From Macrostomum lignano (Eukaryota), in NCBI GenBank assembly GCA_002269645.1, contig NIVC01000805.1, forward strand, positions 35,258 through 99,257: a stretch of DNA of 64,000 bases. Direction: 5' to 3'. Positions within the stretch are counted from its first letter, which is position 1. Each line of letters starts with the position of its first letter. Below, piece after piece: positions 61,991 through 64,000 of the stretch. Below the pieces are notes generated by a model. That model did not search any database. It saw nothing but the letters and a program-made list of their open reading frames with translations, and had not been told where the DNA came from. A program made the position numbers and the translations under genes.

Positions 61991-63443
61991 AAGCTCAACG
62001 CGCCTGCAACTAGTGGTGTGAGATGACTGATTAGGCTGCTTTTATTGTTTTCACCTTTACTGGTTGTTAATTATTTTACTGCTGTTTTTTACTCCTACTT
62101 TTTTATGTTTTAAACATGTGCATTTCCTATTAAATTCTTTGTGACACTTTGTGATAAAATCCCTACTCGACAATGATTTTACATCTTAGCCACGCAGCAT
62201 TTGTTACGTTAAATGGAATAGTATTTTTAGCATGGCAATTTTTTGGTTCTTTGATTCTCGAATACTGTCGCAAATACAATATTTACAATATTAAATTATA
62301 TAGTCATTACAAATTTGCTTCCCAGATTAAATTGATAAAATTGTATTTAGAAAGAGATTAAATATACTTAGATTAATCCAAATATTAACTAAAACCATCT
62401 AGAAAAATTCGGCAATAAAAAACAAGCTAAGCCTACTTTTATAGGGGTAGCTTTCTTTGAAAATGACATTTTGAAAATCAACAGCTATAAGTACAGCAGT
62501 AATAACTGCAACAATTGTAGTTTAAGTAATTGTTATTAAAGTATTTAAGTACAAGTACAAAAAGCTAAAAATAGGCCCTAGACTCAACTATAGCTCAACT
62601 AATCCATATATATACTAATATATATTGATTTAATATCTGTCGCCAGATGTCTGTCGCCGGATTGACTGTCGCCGGATTGTCTGTCGCCGGATATTTGTCG
62701 CTGGATTGTCTGGAAGCCGCCTACCTAATATAGTATATACTGTATAGGGGCCTAGGCTTTATATTAATAAGATTATAATAATATAATACTTGAAGATATA
62801 ATTAAATTGTAACTTAAATTGCCTTGTTATTATATTCTAATGGGGTTATACCTAGCTTAAAATTGGCTAAAAATTACCATAGATATGATTTGTTAGTCTT
62901 GACTCTCCTAGACTTATTGAATAGGCCCTTATACTTGTCTTGATAAAACAAAGGCTTAAATCTAAAAGTTAAATTTCTACAACTAAAGGATGCTAGATTT
63001 TAAGATAAATCAGCTGCAAATTGTGTCAATAGCCATGTAATTCTAATCGCTAAGCAACAGCAAGTTTCATGAAAAATGTGAAATGCTGTCAATGGATTGG
63101 AATCAAGTTATGTGCATTTACTACAAAATAAGTTCACACAATTGTAATGCAGAACTTTTGCACTACAGAACGATAAGTAATACTGAATAAAAAGTTTAAA
63201 CAGCCATTTAAAGTATTCACTGTGGAAGAAAAAGTGACAAATATTAAGGAAAATTCTCAAACTAAAAGTTTCACGAAAAAAATATTTCAATGCTAGGCCT
63301 ACCCAGACCATTTTTTTACATAAAGTGAGCTTACAGCAAATGACTCATACGTCGAGAATCAAGTAGGGAAGCAAAAAACTAACAGAGTTACGTTAAACTA
63401 GACTTTTCACATTTAAAAGACTTACTAATCGAGCTTAAGAAAA

Positions 63444-63506
63444 ATGGCGGACGGGATACTGATTTTAAAGAGGTCCCGTCGGCTGAAAAACAGAATGATC
63501 TGTTCA
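63444..63506 (+). CDS. Candidate first coding exon of an unidentified gene (MADGILILKRSRRLKNRMICS)
   Basis: aaaaATGGCG context followed by a GTAGGT donor; no homology evidence. Confidence 0.25.
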
Positions 63507-64000
63507 GTAGGTTTAATTGCAAAGTTGTAAAGTATAACAAAGCTTTTTAAATCAATTACAATTCTAGCTCTATAAATTTCTCAGAAGCAGTTATTGGCAT
63601 TGATCAATGTAGTTAACTTATTATTATTTCTTTGCTTTTTCTATTTTCAAAAGTTTGCCTTAGTTGATTTTTAAAGTAAGCTGATTCGCGTGCTCAGAAA
63701 AAATTAAGCTTTGAGGCTTGAGCCTTAAATTGGATGTAAAGCACTTTCAACATTTTAACTTTTTACCACTTTTTACATTGCTCAACGTGAAAGTGCGGAC
63801 AGAATAGCTTAAACATTTCAGGGAAAACCAAATTGGTTGCACACTAACAGAATTCTAAATAAAAAAAATCATCATAGAAACTAAAATATAGAGCGTTCAA
63901 ATAGTTCGGAACAACTAAGACTTTAATGAGGGGAGCCAGGGGTGTAGGGAGGGGGCCAGGGCGTCGCTACCGGGGACAGCGGGGACTTGTCAATCGCTTA

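Larger units (their letters stand above)
60250..62718 (+). mobile_element. Mutator-like (MULE) DNA transposon, internally deleted, with about 400-bp diverged TIRs containing ggcgacagacaatcc subrepeats
   Basis: 60250 to about 60640 is an inverted copy of about 62250-62718 (e.g. ttttgaaaatcaacagcta, atagtcat.acaaatttg). Flanks gcctact / gcctacc. Contains PHD and MULE-domain relics. Confidence 0.85.

Overview
Eukaryotic (animal) genomic window with GC-rich, low-complexity-rich exons and introns filled with unrelated minisatellites. The style suggests a flatworm such as Macrostomum, which is an inference and not proven. Four spliced genes were reconstructed by hand with consistent GT-AG phases. 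(1) Extracellular heparan-sulfate 6-O-endosulfatase Sulf on +, join(2635..2779,3942..4206,4976..5868,6984..7288,7772..8449), 761 aa. (2) An Evi1/MECOM/PRDM16/hamlet/egl-43 zinc-finger gene on -, exons 27259..27775, 26561..26831, 22716..25092, 5' end not found. (3) A short Cut/Cux-like gene on -, 7 exons over 38906..32400, about 318 aa, with one CUT domain and only a homeodomain remnant. (4) A 12-exon BAZ1B/WSTF-like chromatin remodeller on -, 55969..42307, about 1738 aa. Also present: the 3' end of an NHL-repeat ORF, a decayed PHD-bearing Mutator-like transposon with long TIRs, MITEs, LINE fragments, about 30 tandem-repeat arrays and an 863-N gap. Most long ORFs in the supplied track are repeat artefacts. 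There are three most unusual signals. First, a RIP-like C>T/G>A signature that includes CpA>TpA, seen in transposon relics, in their stop codons and apparently at synonymous sites across about 44-63 kb. Second, minisatellites in the Cux-like gene built from CUT-class (ATCGAT/ATCAAT) and EVI1-class (GACAAGATA) binding motifs, next to the genes for those factor families. Third, a 4-kb intronic array forming a lattice of CTAAC/AG|GT splice-like signals.
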